56,925 bases of DNA from positions 1 to 56,925 of the forward strand of contig CALJEX010000073.1 of the NCBI GenBank assembly GCA_938074525.1, given 5' to 3'. The DNA comes from an uncultured Gammaproteobacteria bacterium. GTDB taxonomy: Bacteria > Pseudomonadota > Gammaproteobacteria > UBA4575. The notes under the pieces were generated by a model that ran no database searches, was not told the DNA's origin, and worked only from the letters and a program-made list of their open reading frames with translations. Positions 35,384 to 47,382 of the stretch are shown in pieces. Made by a program: the position numbers and the translations under genes. Within the stretch, counting starts at the first letter, position 1. Every line of letters starts with the position of its first letter.

Positions 35384-36375
35384 GCAAACAAGCAAACCCA
35401 ACAATAATAGGCGCATTTGTCGTCGGCGCTATTGCCCTTATTGCTAGCACTTTAATACTCCTTGGCAGCGGCGCTTTATTTAGTGACAAACAGACATTTG
35501 TCACCTATTTTGATGGCTCAATACAAGGCTTGAGAGTAGGCGCTAATGTTAACTTTAGAGGAGTTCGTATTGGCCAAGTGCGCGATGTCCATGTGCGCTT
35601 TGATAATTCTATGAATGAATTTGATTTGCCTGTCTATATCGAACTAGAACCTGGTGCTATCCAATCAACTCAAGACATCCAGATCACTAGTGATAACTCA
35701 GAGGCAATGATGAGTACTTTAATAAAACAGGGACTAAGAGCAAAATTACAAATGGAGAGCTTCGTCACCGGGCAGCTATTAGTAGACTTAGATTTTTACC
35801 CAGATAGCGCGCTTGAATTTCGCGGCGAAGACAATGATATCCCTGAAATTCCCACTATCCCTTCAGATATTCAGCTTGCTCTTAAGCAAACACAAGACAT
35901 TATGGCAAAGTTAAGAAATCTCCCCGTGGAAGATCTTATCGTTAACCTTGCATCCGCTGTAGAAGGTGTTGAAGAATTTGTTCGCTCTCCTGAGTTAAGC
36001 AATTCCTTAGAAGGATTAGATCGTCTCGTCAATTCACCGTCGACACAAAATATCACTAACGAATTACAAAATTCGATTAAACAGCTCAATTCAATGGCCA
36101 TTGAAATCAAAAGCATTGTTAAAAATACTAGCGATCGCGTGAACCCAATCATTACCAGCAGTGAAACCACGTTATCAGAAATTCAAAGCGCTGCTATTCA
36201 AATGCAAAAAACATTTGAAGAAATACAAACCAGCTTAGATGATGATGCTATTCGCTACGAACTCACTTCCACGCTAGAAGAATTACGCAATTCAGCACGC
36301 TCATTTCGCATCTACTTAGAATATCTAGAACAGCACCCTGAAGCGTTCCTTAAAGGTAAACAGGAAGCACAATAA
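35380..36375 (+). CDS. MlaD/PqiB-like MCE protein
   Basis: TM, GLRVGANVNFRGVRIGQV, GLRAKL..SFVTGQLLV, C-terminal LEQHPEAFLKGK. Confidence 0.92.
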   Translation: MSKQANPTIIGAFVVGAIALIASTLILLGSGALFSDKQTFVTYFDGSIQGLRVGANVNFRGVRIGQVRDVHVRFDNSMNEFDLPVYIELEPGAIQSTQDIQITSDNSEAMMSTLIKQGLRAKLQMESFVTGQLLVDLDFYPDSALEFRGEDNDIPEIPTIPSDIQLALKQTQDIMAKLRNLPVEDLIVNLASAVEGVEEFVRSPELSNSLEGLDRLVNSPSTQNITNELQNSIKQLNSMAIEIKSIVKNTSDRVNPIITSSETTLSEIQSAAIQMQKTFEEIQTSLDDDAIRYELTSTLEELRNSARSFRIYLEYLEQHPEAFLKGKQEAQ

Positions 36376-36386
36376 CTAGAGAGATT

Positions 36387-37005
36387 ATGAATACTCAAAA
36401 CAACACAAGCTCAACCAGGATTATTCTCTACACTTTTATCCTATGCATATTTGTGTCTAGCTGCTCAATCAGTGGCACTACGCGACCATCACAATTCTAT
36501 GTTTTAGATGCAACAGCAACACCCAGCTCAAGCCCAGCAAAAAACTTACACCTGGGCATTGGACCAATATTAATTCCTGGTTATATCGACCGGCCACAGA
36601 TTGTTACTAAAACTGAATCTGCAGAGTTGGTTTATACCGAATACAAACGTTGGGCCGAGCCTATGGACGAAATGTTTACTCGCACACTGACACAAAATAT
36701 TACTATTAGCACAGACTCTAATAGCATTATCAGCCATCCATGGTCAGCTAATGCAAATTTGGATAATGAATTAACCGCCAAAATAATAAAATTTGAAAAT
36801 AACAATCATGGTGATGCGTTACTTATCGTCCAGTGGCAATTACTCAACAAAAATAACAAAAAAACAAGCCTCTTCTATTTATTCTGAATTTAGCGCACCG
36901 GCAAAAAGCAACAGCGCTATAGATCGCATCTCCGCCCTAAATGAAACTATTCGGCAATTTACGGACGAAATTCTTACCCATATCCATAACACTTCAAATC
37001 AATAA
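36387..37005 (+). pseudogene. PqiC-like lipoprotein, frameshifted at A7 run 36858-36864
   Basis: Lipobox VSSC, IPGYIDRPQIV, RWAEP; removing one A joins it to KQASSIYSEF...ALNETIRQFTDEI in the +1 frame. Could be a sequencing error. Confidence 0.75.
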
Positions 37006-37020
37006 AAATCTCATACCCGA

Positions 37021-37062
37021 CTGATACAGATCAATGTTAACCATCATCGATTTAATTATGCT
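37021..37062 (+). promoter_or_regulatory. FNR-type class II promoter of haemoglobin gene
   Basis: CTGAT-ACAG-ATCAA (37021-37034) and TATGCT -10 (37057-37062); spacing fits a box centred about -41.5. Confidence 0.6.
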
Positions 37063-37103
37063 TTCAGGCATAATTTACTTAAATCATTTGAGGTTAACTG
37101 CTC

Positions 37104-37472
37104 ATGGAACAAACACTATTTGAAAAAATTGGCGGGAAAAATGCGGTAGAACTTGCTTCTATTAAACTTTATTACCACATCTCAGAAGACGAAAGAATTA
37201 ATCACTTTTTCAAAGATGTAGACTTTAGAAAGCAATCTACAAAAATGACCGCCTTCTTAACGTATATATTCGGCGGGCCATCCCTTTACACTGGGCGCAA
37301 TATGCGTAAATCTCATAAAAGTGTCGTCGCTAAAGGATTAAACGATGATCACGTTGATGCCATGCTTGAAAATGTACATATTACTCTGAACGAAATGGGC
37401 ATTGAACCCGAACTGCAAAAGCAAGTACTCGCCAAACTTGAGAAACACCGTGATGATGTTTTGTGTCGCTAA
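37104..37472 (+). CDS. group I truncated haemoglobin
   Basis: TLFEKIGG, FF..VD..KQ, FGGP..YTGRNMRKSH, GLNDDH. Confidence 0.92.
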   Translation: MEQTLFEKIGGKNAVELASIKLYYHISEDERINHFFKDVDFRKQSTKMTAFLTYIFGGPSLYTGRNMRKSHKSVVAKGLNDDHVDAMLENVHITLNEMGIEPELQKQVLAKLEKHRDDVLCR

Positions 37473-37498
37473 AATTGCTCTCTTTTAAGCTTGCCGCA

Positions 37499-37705
37499 TT
37501 AATAGTGCGGCGGCTTTTCATCATAGTCTGACCCACCACCTAACGACCCGCTCACTTCGCGCATTCTGTCTCTTAACTCTTGGCAGCAAATCTCTAGCCC
37601 GTCAATCTGCTTCTGCATAGCCATCACCACTGTCCCCAGCTCCTGAATAGCATCTTCTTGATAGGCTATTTTCGATTGCAACTGCGTAACGACATCTTCA
37701 TTCAT
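37499..37705 (-). CDS. slyX: SlyX family protein
   Basis: LQSKIAYQEDAIQEL coiled coil and C-terminal EKPPHY. Confidence 0.9.
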   Translation of the reverse strand: MNEDVVTQLQSKIAYQEDAIQELGTVVMAMQKQIDGLEICCQELRDRMREVSGSLGGGSDYDEKPPHY

Positions 37706-37833
37706 ATGTTCTCTCCTATCCGTTTTATATTAATACAAACTAGACCAACGGATGCTATTTGTACGTAAATTTCGCTCTAATGGGCTTGATGATTTAGTAC
37801 TATGTAGCCTATTTCACTCAACGGGGATCTTGT

Positions 37834-38430
37834 ATGGATTGGTCAATCATTATCTTCTTAGTCGTTATTGTCGCGATTGTTCTATATGTTATTGGCATAT
37901 ACAACAAACTAGTCAGCCTGAAAAATCGTTTTGAGAATGCTTTTGCCCAAATAGAGGTTCAACTCAAGCGTCGTTATGACCTTATCCCCAACTTGGTGGA
38001 AACTGCAAAAGGCTATATTCAGCATGAACGCGAAACTCTAGAAGCGGTAACCGCCGCACGTAATGCTGCCAATTCAATGTTAGAAGCTGCTAAAGCCAAT
38101 CCTGGCGGCGCCTCGGCGATGGCTGATCTAGCGGGCGCCGAATCAGCTTTGGCTTCATCATTAGGTAAATTCAATTTGGTCGTTGAAGCCTATCCAGATC
38201 TAAAAGCTAATCAGAATATGATGCAGTTATCTGAAGAGTTAACCACAACCGAAAACAAAGTGGCCTTTTCGCGCCAGGCTTATAATGACTCAGTCATGAT
38301 GTATAACGAATTTAGACAAAGCTTTCCACCCATTTTCTTTGCTTCTGCTTTTGGTCACTCTGATGATGCAGAATTACTCGTGATGGAAGACAGCGCTGAA
38401 ATACAAGCAGCACCTAAGGTATCTTTCTAA
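37834..38430 (+). CDS. lemA: LemA family protein
   Basis: YN.LV, QIEVQLKRRYDLIPNLVE, EAYPDLKANQN, ENKVAFSRQAYND. Confidence 0.95.
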   Translation: MDWSIIIFLVVIVAIVLYVIGIYNKLVSLKNRFENAFAQIEVQLKRRYDLIPNLVETAKGYIQHERETLEAVTAARNAANSMLEAAKANPGGASAMADLAGAESALASSLGKFNLVVEAYPDLKANQNMMQLSEELTTTENKVAFSRQAYNDSVMMYNEFRQSFPPIFFASAFGHSDDAELLVMEDSAEIQAAPKVSF

Positions 38431-38486
38431 CGAATATAAAATTATTGCCTATCCTGCTCAACAAGCTTCATCATTAAGCCGTATAT

Positions 38487-40363
38487 ATGAACTTTTTTGA
38501 ACAACAAGATCAGGCGCATAAAAAAACATGGCTACTGATAGCATTATTTTCAGTAGCCGTGCTTTGCATTATCGGACTCACTATTGCCCTAATCACCGCA
38601 ACATTTTGGGGCTTTAGCCAATCAACCACGGTTAACTCTGTCTCTAGCATACAGCCCATGCAGTGGGATGCTATTCTGAAAACATCTATCACAGTAATTG
38701 CCGTAATTGCCTGTGTAATTATCTACAAACGCCTTCAGTTATCCCAAGGTGGTAGTCGTGTCGCTGAAATGCTTGGTGGCAGACCAATTGAACAAGGCAC
38801 TGAGAATACTAACGAACAGCAGTTACTCAATGTTGTAGAAGAAATGGCAATAGCAGCAGGTTTGCCTGTTCCCCCAGTTTATGTCCTAGAAGAAACTAGC
38901 ATTAATGCATTTGCCGCTGGCTTTAATGAGAGTGATGCTGTTTTAGGTGTTACTCGCGGCACATTAGAGCGTTTATCACGCGACCAAATTCAAGGCATTA
39001 TTGGTCATGAATTTAGCCATGTCTTACATGGCGACATGCGTTTAAATATAAACCTTATTACTATCCTTGCTGGCATTATTTTTATTAGCCAAGCCGGTAG
39101 ACTGGCTTTATACAGCACTTCTCGATCACGCTCTAGTAATCGAGGTGGATTACCTGTGATAGGTATTGGTGTAGGCTTAATGGTAATTGGTTCTATCGGC
39201 ACTTTCTTTGGCTCAATCATCAAGTCTGCTGTTAGCCGACAACGCGAATATTTGGCAGATGCCTCAGCAGTTCAATATACACGTAACCCTGACGGCATAG
39301 CAGACGCATTAAAAGTCATTGGCTCTGGCGTAGGCTCAAGCATGGGCTCACCCAGTGCTAGCGAATGCAGTCACTTATTTTTTGGAGATGCAATCTTTTT
39401 TCGCGCCTTTGGATTCTTGTCTACTCATCCTCCATTGGAAAAACGTATACGCCGCATTCAACCCAATTGGGACGGTAGCTATTTGGTTGGCAAACCATTA
39501 CAAGAAAAAAGGAGTCTTCCACTGCAACAGCGAAAAGCAAATTAGATAATTTAGCAGACTCGCTAAAGAGTACTGGGTTTCTTGACCCTATTATGGTTGG
39601 CATTACCACGGTACTTATGCAATCACTACCAAAACCAATTAACGATTCAACTCATACACCTGGAAGCGCTTATGCTTTAATGCTTGCACTTCGCTTAGAT
39701 AAAGATGAAGCCATTCGAGACAAACAATTTTCTTTTGTTGAATCACAGCCTTTACTATTATCAGATGTTAAACGTTACGCCAAGGATGTTGATAAATTAT
39801 CTCAAAAAGACATTTTACCTATTATTGAAATGTCTATTCCTGCATTAAAAAGATTATCTGCCAAGCAATATGGGGAATTTAAACAACACCTAACTCAATT
39901 TATTTTTATTGATAAAAAGTCCGACCTACAAGAATGGTTACACTTTCGGTTATTAAGTCACTATTTAGACCAACACTTCAACGTCAATTCTAAAAAACGC
40001 TTTGCTCGCAGTTATCATTCATTTTCACAAATCAAAGGTTCTATTGTATGCACCATGTCACTACTCGCTAATGAGGCACATGAAGATGATGCACAAAAAG
40101 ATGCGGCCTTCAATAAAGGCATGCAAAGTTTAAACATTAACGATACTTCTAGAATTGCTGCTGAACAGCTAGAGTTTATTGATGTGAATAAATCTATCGA
40201 AAAAATAGATTACTTAGTGCCATTATTGAAAGATGAGTTTTTAACAGCTTGCGCTAACTGCATTGAACAAGATAATTCGATTACACCGACTGAGTGGGGA
40301 TTGTTACGCGTCGTCGCAGCTTGTATTGGCTGCCCCATGCCAATCGTGAATCGTCCTGATTGA
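38487..40363 (+). pseudogene. M48 (HtpX-like) zinc metalloprotease, split by a frameshift at A6 run 39505-39510
   Basis: INAFAAG, GHEFSH, SRQREYLADA, THPPL in ORF1; one added A gives QEKKESSTATAKSKLDNLAD...PIMVG, continuing into 39593..40363. Confidence 0.8.
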
Positions 40364-40365
40364 AC

Positions 40366-40539
40366 TTAGCGCCTATAAGTTTCGATCGCTTCGAAAAACT
40401 GCTCTTCAGAAATCTCGCCTCTATCGTAATACATGCGAAATAGCTGCTTCGCACGCAGATCATCATTAACGATCTGTTTCAAGAATAAACGTAGTAGTTG
40501 TGATTTTTCTGGGCTTACCTCTGTGCTTGCTACGGTCAT
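40366..40539 (-). CDS. small protein (57 aa) with SHOCT-like motif
   Basis: MTVASTEVSPEKSQLLRLFLKQIVNDDLRAKQLFRMYYDRGEISEEQFFEAIETYRR*; fills the intergenic gap exactly. Confidence 0.55.
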   Translation of the reverse strand: MTVASTEVSPEKSQLLRLFLKQIVNDDLRAKQLFRMYYDRGEISEEQFFEAIETYRR

Positions 40540-40678
40540 ATCTCAATTCCATTTGAGCTGATTGAGCTTTAACCGTAGCAAGCTGATCCAACAGTTAATA
40601 GCCTGGCAGGCTCAAGGGAATCAAATTACCGACCAAAATACGCGTATAATTGCTAGCAAATTGATCTTAGACCCCTCA

Positions 40679-41047
40679 ATGAAGAAGCTGCTTTTTATTA
40701 TACTTATTGCTGTAGTGATACTGTTCTCAGTGGATCGCTTGGCCGCGCATTTACATCAGCCCAAACAAGGTTCCACTGATGTTGTGATCTACACTACTGC
40801 TTGGTGCCCCTACTGTACCGTGCTACGAACTACGCTCAATCAATACGATATTCCCTTCACCGAATATGATACTGAAAAATCAATTCAAGGCTTGACTGGT
40901 TATTGGGCATTACGCGGACGTGGCGTACCCATATCAGTGATTGGCGAAGAAGTTATCCATGGCTATGATGGCCAAATTATTACTGATGCCTTAGTCGGAG
41001 CTGGACATGAAATTGCTCCCAAATGGCCATCAGATGAAACACAATAG
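40679..41047 (+). CDS. glutaredoxin-family protein with N-terminal signal/TM
   Basis: VIYTTAWCPYC, GRGVP, IHGYD; ATG 40679. Confidence 0.85.
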   Translation: MKKLLFIILIAVVILFSVDRLAAHLHQPKQGSTDVVIYTTAWCPYCTVLRTTLNQYDIPFTEYDTEKSIQGLTGYWALRGRGVPISVIGEEVIHGYDGQIITDALVGAGHEIAPKWPSDETQ

Positions 41048-41113
41048 CGTTTGCATTCGCGCCCTTAAACAAAATATTATTTCATCTATATAGAAATTAT
41101 CAGGAGCATCACT

Positions 41114-41530
41114 TTGACTCAAGCACCCGCTTTTCTTTGCGTTGGCAAAGGTGGCACAGAACAAAAAATTCGACTTGATCGAGCTAATCGTCACGGACTG
41201 ATTGCCGGCGCAACCGGGACAGGTAAAACTGTCACGCTGCAAATTTTAGCTGAAGGCTTTTCTCAAGCCGGCGTGCCTGTATTCGCAGCTGACGTAAAAG
41301 GTGATTTAAGCGGTATTAGTCAAGCTGGCAAAGACAATCCTAAAATGATTGAGCGTGCAGCCGAAACGGGACCAGAAAATTATGCTTTCCAAGGCTACCC
41401 CACTGTATTTTGGGATCTGTTTGGCAAGAAAGGGCACCCTATTCGCACTACCGTTTCTGAAATGGGTCCGCTATTACTTTCACAATTGCTTGAACTTAAC
41501 GACACTCAAGAAGGCGTATTAAACATTGCT
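41114..41530 (+). pseudogene. 5' fragment of DUF853/YjgR (HerA-like ATPase)
   Basis: [51 protein letters not shown]...TQEGVLNIA, then family-like sequence ends. Confidence 0.85.
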
Positions 41531-41628
41531 GAACTTCCTGTAATGGCAGACATGACAAACTTAGCGATAGCGATAATTGCATTACCAACTAAAGCTGCAT
41601 AAATAACTTTTTTAGACGAACCTGCCAT
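41506..41628 (-). pseudogene. 5' fragment of a cation diffusion facilitator (CDF) gene
   Basis: [36 protein letters not shown] is a CDF N-terminus; it stops after 40 codons inside the yjgR fragment. Confidence 0.75.
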
Positions 41629-41648
41629 AAGGCAAAATTACTAGTTAG

Positions 41649-43637
<1,989 letters not shown>

Positions 43638-43727
43638 TCACAATAAGGATATTACCTGGCAAATTACTTGCTATTATTAATGCAAGCACCGTAGAGTATT
43701 GGTTATTTAATCGACCACATAATAATT

Positions 43728-44378
43728 ATGGATATCGAACAAGCAAGATTTAATATGATTGAGCAGCAGATCCGGCCATGGGATGTGTTAGATATGCACG
43801 TACTGAACGTCATTCAATCCGTTCCTCGGGAAGATTTTGTTAGTGAATCGCAGAAAAATTTGGCCTTTGCCGACATGGAAATCCCAATTGGCCATGGTCA
43901 AGTGATGATGTCTCCTAAAGTAGAAGCGCGCATGCTACAAGCATTGGCGATCTCTTTAGACGACAAGATCCTAGAAATTGGCACCGGCAGCGGGTTTATC
44001 ACTGCATGTTTGGCGAAGATGGGCAAACATGTCACTACGTGTGAATATTTCGAAGAATTATCCTCCACTGCAACAGCACGATTACAGCACCAAGCAGACA
44101 ATATTGATTTTTTAAAGGGTGATGTATTTAACCTATTAGACACTCTAGGCCGCTACGATGTAATCGCTATCACTGGGTCAATTCCAGAGCAGCTAAATAA
44201 TTTTCCAAGACTATTGAACACAAATGGGCGCTTATTCTGTATCACTGGGCAAGCACCTGTCATGACGGCAAAACTAATCACCAATGTGGCAGAGAACAGC
44301 TATCGTGAAGAAAGTTTATTTGAAACCGTCATCCCACCATTATTGTCCACTTCAACTGAAAAGGTTTTCTCATTTTGA
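43728..44378 (+). CDS. pcm: protein-L-isoaspartate O-methyltransferase family
   Basis: ARFNMIEQQIRPWDV, VPREDF, ILEIGTGSG. Confidence 0.88.
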   Translation: MDIEQARFNMIEQQIRPWDVLDMHVLNVIQSVPREDFVSESQKNLAFADMEIPIGHGQVMMSPKVEARMLQALAISLDDKILEIGTGSGFITACLAKMGKHVTTCEYFEELSSTATARLQHQADNIDFLKGDVFNLLDTLGRYDVIAITGSIPEQLNNFPRLLNTNGRLFCITGQAPVMTAKLITNVAENSYREESLFETVIPPLLSTSTEKVFSF

Positions 44379-44701
44379 GTTTTAGAGAAATATCAGCCAC
44401 TGAACTGCACTCCTATTTACAGACCACTGACACAAACCCTCTACTATTAGATGTTCGCGAGCCGTGGGAATATGAAAAGTGCTATCTAGACAATTCTCAA
44501 CTTATTCCTATGCGTCAAATTCCCAGTGCGCTGAATGAGCTAGATCCGGACCGAGAGATTATCGTTGTATGCCATCATGGCATACGCAGTCGCTCAGTAG
44601 CTGCGTACTTAGCGAGCAACGAGTTCAGTAATGTTATCAACCTAACAGGCGGTATTGATGCATGGGCCAAATACGTTGACCAATCAATGGCAACTTATTA
44701 A
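44375..44701 (+). CDS. single-domain rhodanese
   Basis: LLDVREPWE, VCHHGIRS, NLTGGIDAW. Confidence 0.9.
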   Translation: MSFREISATELHSYLQTTDTNPLLLDVREPWEYEKCYLDNSQLIPMRQIPSALNELDPDREIIVVCHHGIRSRSVAAYLASNEFSNVINLTGGIDAWAKYVDQSMATY

Positions 44702-44774
44702 CTTACTGGCATCTAATGCAATTTAGCTTCATGCCGATATAATTGAATCATTGCTAATGTAACCATAAGAAATA

Positions 44775-46106
44775 ATGCTAATGAATAACCGTTTAGCCAT
44801 TTTACCCACAATTTTTCTAGCACTATTATGTTTACAGCCCAATGCGTCTGCGAACGGCTTGATTGATATATATACCATCGCTAAAGCCCAAGATACGGTG
44901 TTTAGAGAAGCAGAGGCTAACTATCTTGCCACTGCACAAGCATCGCCCATCGCGCGTGCCTCACTACTACCACAAATCAATTTTTCTGCCGAAACATCGG
45001 ATAACAGCCTGGAGACAGAAGGACAGACTTTTGGTGTCTCTGGTGGCGATGTTGACTACAACTCGCATGGCTATAGCTTACGTTTGACTCAAGCACTTTA
45101 TAACCGTGATTTTTATATACAACTTAAACAAGCGAATAATAATGTTGCCAGAGCCCAAGCTCAGTTTGACGCCTCAAAACAAGATCTGGTACTTCGCGTC
45201 ACAGAATTATATTTCAATCTATTAGCGGCAGGTGATGATCTAAAATTTGCGACCGCCGAAAAAGAAGCGATTAACAGACAACTTGAACAAGCAGAAAATA
45301 GATTTGAAGTAGGACTAATTCCAATCACAGACGTTAAAGAAGCACAGTCATCATATGATAGCTCTGTCGCTCGCGAAATTGATGCAGAAATTGCGTTAGA
45401 ATTAGCCATCGATGCGTTAGCCGTAATTACTGGCGATCGCGTAACTGATCTAAAAACGTTATCGCAACGTATGGAATTAGTGCGACCAGACCCTGACAAT
45501 GTCACTGATTGGATCAACACTGCACTCAATCAAAATCTTGCACTGCTAATCAATGAGTACGATACCAAAATTGCTAAACAAGAAATTCAACGCAATCAGT
45601 CTCAACACCTACCTACTGTAGATATTGTTGCTGCATACAATGATGCCGACACCGGTGGATTAACTGGTTCTCGACAAACTGAAGACTCAAGAATTGGCTT
45701 AGAATTAAATTTCCCTATCTTTCAAGGTGGTCGCACATACTACCAAACAAAAGAGAGCCAACATTTATATAGCGCTGCCTTACAAGCAAATGAAAGAATT
45801 AAACGCGAAACCACTCGCGATACGCGTGATGCTTACCATAAGGTAGTAGCGGGCATAAGCCGAGTGAACGCTTTTAATAGAGCAGTAGAATCTGCTGAAG
45901 TGGCTGCCGAGGCAACTGAAGCAGGATTTGAAGTTGGCACTAGAACATCAGTAGATGTATTACTTACCTTACGCTCAGTTTTTCAAGCCCAACGTGATTA
46001 TTCAAGATCACGCTATGACTACCTACAAGATACGCTACGCCTTAAGAACGCAGCTGGAACATTGAGCGCAGACGATCTACTACAAATTGACGCCTGGTTA
46101 GAGTAG
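44775..46106 (+). CDS. tolC: TolC outer-membrane channel
   Basis: RASLLPQI, RFEVGL..ITDV.EAQ, GFEVGTRT.VDVL; pcm-rhodanese-tolC-waaA synteny. Confidence 0.9.
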   Translation: MLMNNRLAILPTIFLALLCLQPNASANGLIDIYTIAKAQDTVFREAEANYLATAQASPIARASLLPQINFSAETSDNSLETEGQTFGVSGGDVDYNSHGYSLRLTQALYNRDFYIQLKQANNNVARAQAQFDASKQDLVLRVTELYFNLLAAGDDLKFATAEKEAINRQLEQAENRFEVGLIPITDVKEAQSSYDSSVAREIDAEIALELAIDALAVITGDRVTDLKTLSQRMELVRPDPDNVTDWINTALNQNLALLINEYDTKIAKQEIQRNQSQHLPTVDIVAAYNDADTGGLTGSRQTEDSRIGLELNFPIFQGGRTYYQTKESQHLYSAALQANERIKRETTRDTRDAYHKVVAGISRVNAFNRAVESAEVAAEATEAGFEVGTRTSVDVLLTLRSVFQAQRDYSRSRYDYLQDTLRLKNAAGTLSADDLLQIDAWLE

Positions 46107-46116
46107 TCTTGGCCGA

Positions 46117-47382
46117 ATGGCCAAATCCGACTCGCACTCCACTCGTAGCTATCGGCTACTCACCTGGGGATTATTTCCAGCAGCACTGCTATACACCGGT
46201 TTTATTGCTTTTAAATCCAGAAATAATCATTACTTTACTCAGCGTTTAGGCACGTATAAAAAAGAAATACATTCTAATCAAGTTATTTGGTGCCACTGTG
46301 CATCCGTTGGTGAAATTAATACTGCATTACCTTTACTAAGATGCTTAGTTGAACGAGGCGAGCATTTATTAATTTCCACTAACACAATGACTGGCAAACA
46401 AGCATTAACTAAAGCCAAGCTGGATAATAGTCAGCATATATTTTTTCCCTTAGACTATAGCGCTTTCGCGCGCAATCTAATTAAAACATTCTCCCCTAAG
46501 CTATTCCTACTTTTTGAAACAGAATTATGGCCAAACATATTACATACCATCGCAAGACATAATATTCCGACTGCGATTATCAATGGGCGCATCAGCGAAA
46601 AAACCTTGCATGCACCTTCTTTAATATTGAAGAATTACAAAAGCGCATTAAGCAAAGTATGCAAGATAATTGCTAGCAGTGAAGAAAATGCAACTCGCTT
46701 TTTAGCGCTAGGAGCCAATTCCGAAGTCATCACCGCTTTAGACAATCTAAAATTCGCTAGCATTAGCACAACATCAAATACCTCTGACGAATGTCCAATT
46801 GATTATCCATTTTTACTTTGTGCGTCAACACATCAGGGCGAAGAACAGCTCATCATTAAACAATGGAAAGCATCAAAACCAGAAAATATAGGACTTATCA
46901 TTGCTATCCGCCATCCGCATCGCAAAAAAGAAGTATGCAAAATTTTAGAAGACGAACAGTTATCCTATCACTTGCACTCGAGCAGCCCTAAGAGCTTTTC
47001 TAAAAACGAAATCTATATCATCGATACACTAGGACAGTTAATGCCTTTCATGAAAAAAGCACAATTTGTATTCATGGGAGGTTCACTAGTGCCTATTGGC
47101 GGACATAATATTATTGAACCAGCGCAATTTGGCCGCTGCATTTTCATTGGTCCGCATCATGATGATTTTAAAGATATCGTCAATGATTTAAAAAAATGTG
47201 CCGGCATTACCATCGTTAACGACGCAAATCACCTTATCAGTGAAACACTAAGATTATTCAAAGATCGCGAAGCACAAGCCCAGCTGGGAAACAACGCAAA
47301 GAATTATTTGAATAGCAAAAAGCAAGTTTTAACAAACTATCAAGATGCAGTATTCAAATTAATAGATGATCAGGCACGATAG
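46117..47382 (+). CDS. waaA: 3-deoxy-D-manno-octulosonic acid (Kdo) transferase
   Basis: WCHCASVGE, FPLD, ETELWPN, INGRIS, ASTHQGEE, DTLG, GGSLVPIGGHNIIEPA. Confidence 0.93.
   Translation: MAKSDSHSTRSYRLLTWGLFPAALLYTGFIAFKSRNNHYFTQRLGTYKKEIHSNQVIWCHCASVGEINTALPLLRCLVERGEHLLISTNTMTGKQALTKAKLDNSQHIFFPLDYSAFARNLIKTFSPKLFLLFETELWPNILHTIARHNIPTAIINGRISEKTLHAPSLILKNYKSALSKVCKIIASSEENATRFLALGANSEVITALDNLKFASISTTSNTSDECPIDYPFLLCASTHQGEEQLIIKQWKASKPENIGLIIAIRHPHRKKEVCKILEDEQLSYHLHSSSPKSFSKNEIYIIDTLGQLMPFMKKAQFVFMGGSLVPIGGHNIIEPAQFGRCIFIGPHHDDFKDIVNDLKKCAGITIVNDANHLISETLRLFKDREAQAQLGNNAKNYLNSKKQVLTNYQDAVFKLIDDQAR

Noticed and set aside
39505-39511. AAAAAAG as a programmed -1 frameshift site
   Set aside because: The heptamer is not in the A_AAA_AAG phase of the upstream frame (GAA AAA AGG); a simple indel is more parsimonious.
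40562-40678. N-terminal extensions from the ORF track (also 43542-43637, 48050-48112, 50254-50361, 32294-32353)
   Set aside because: Downstream ATGs fit signal peptides or family N-termini better; some extensions overlap neighbouring genes.
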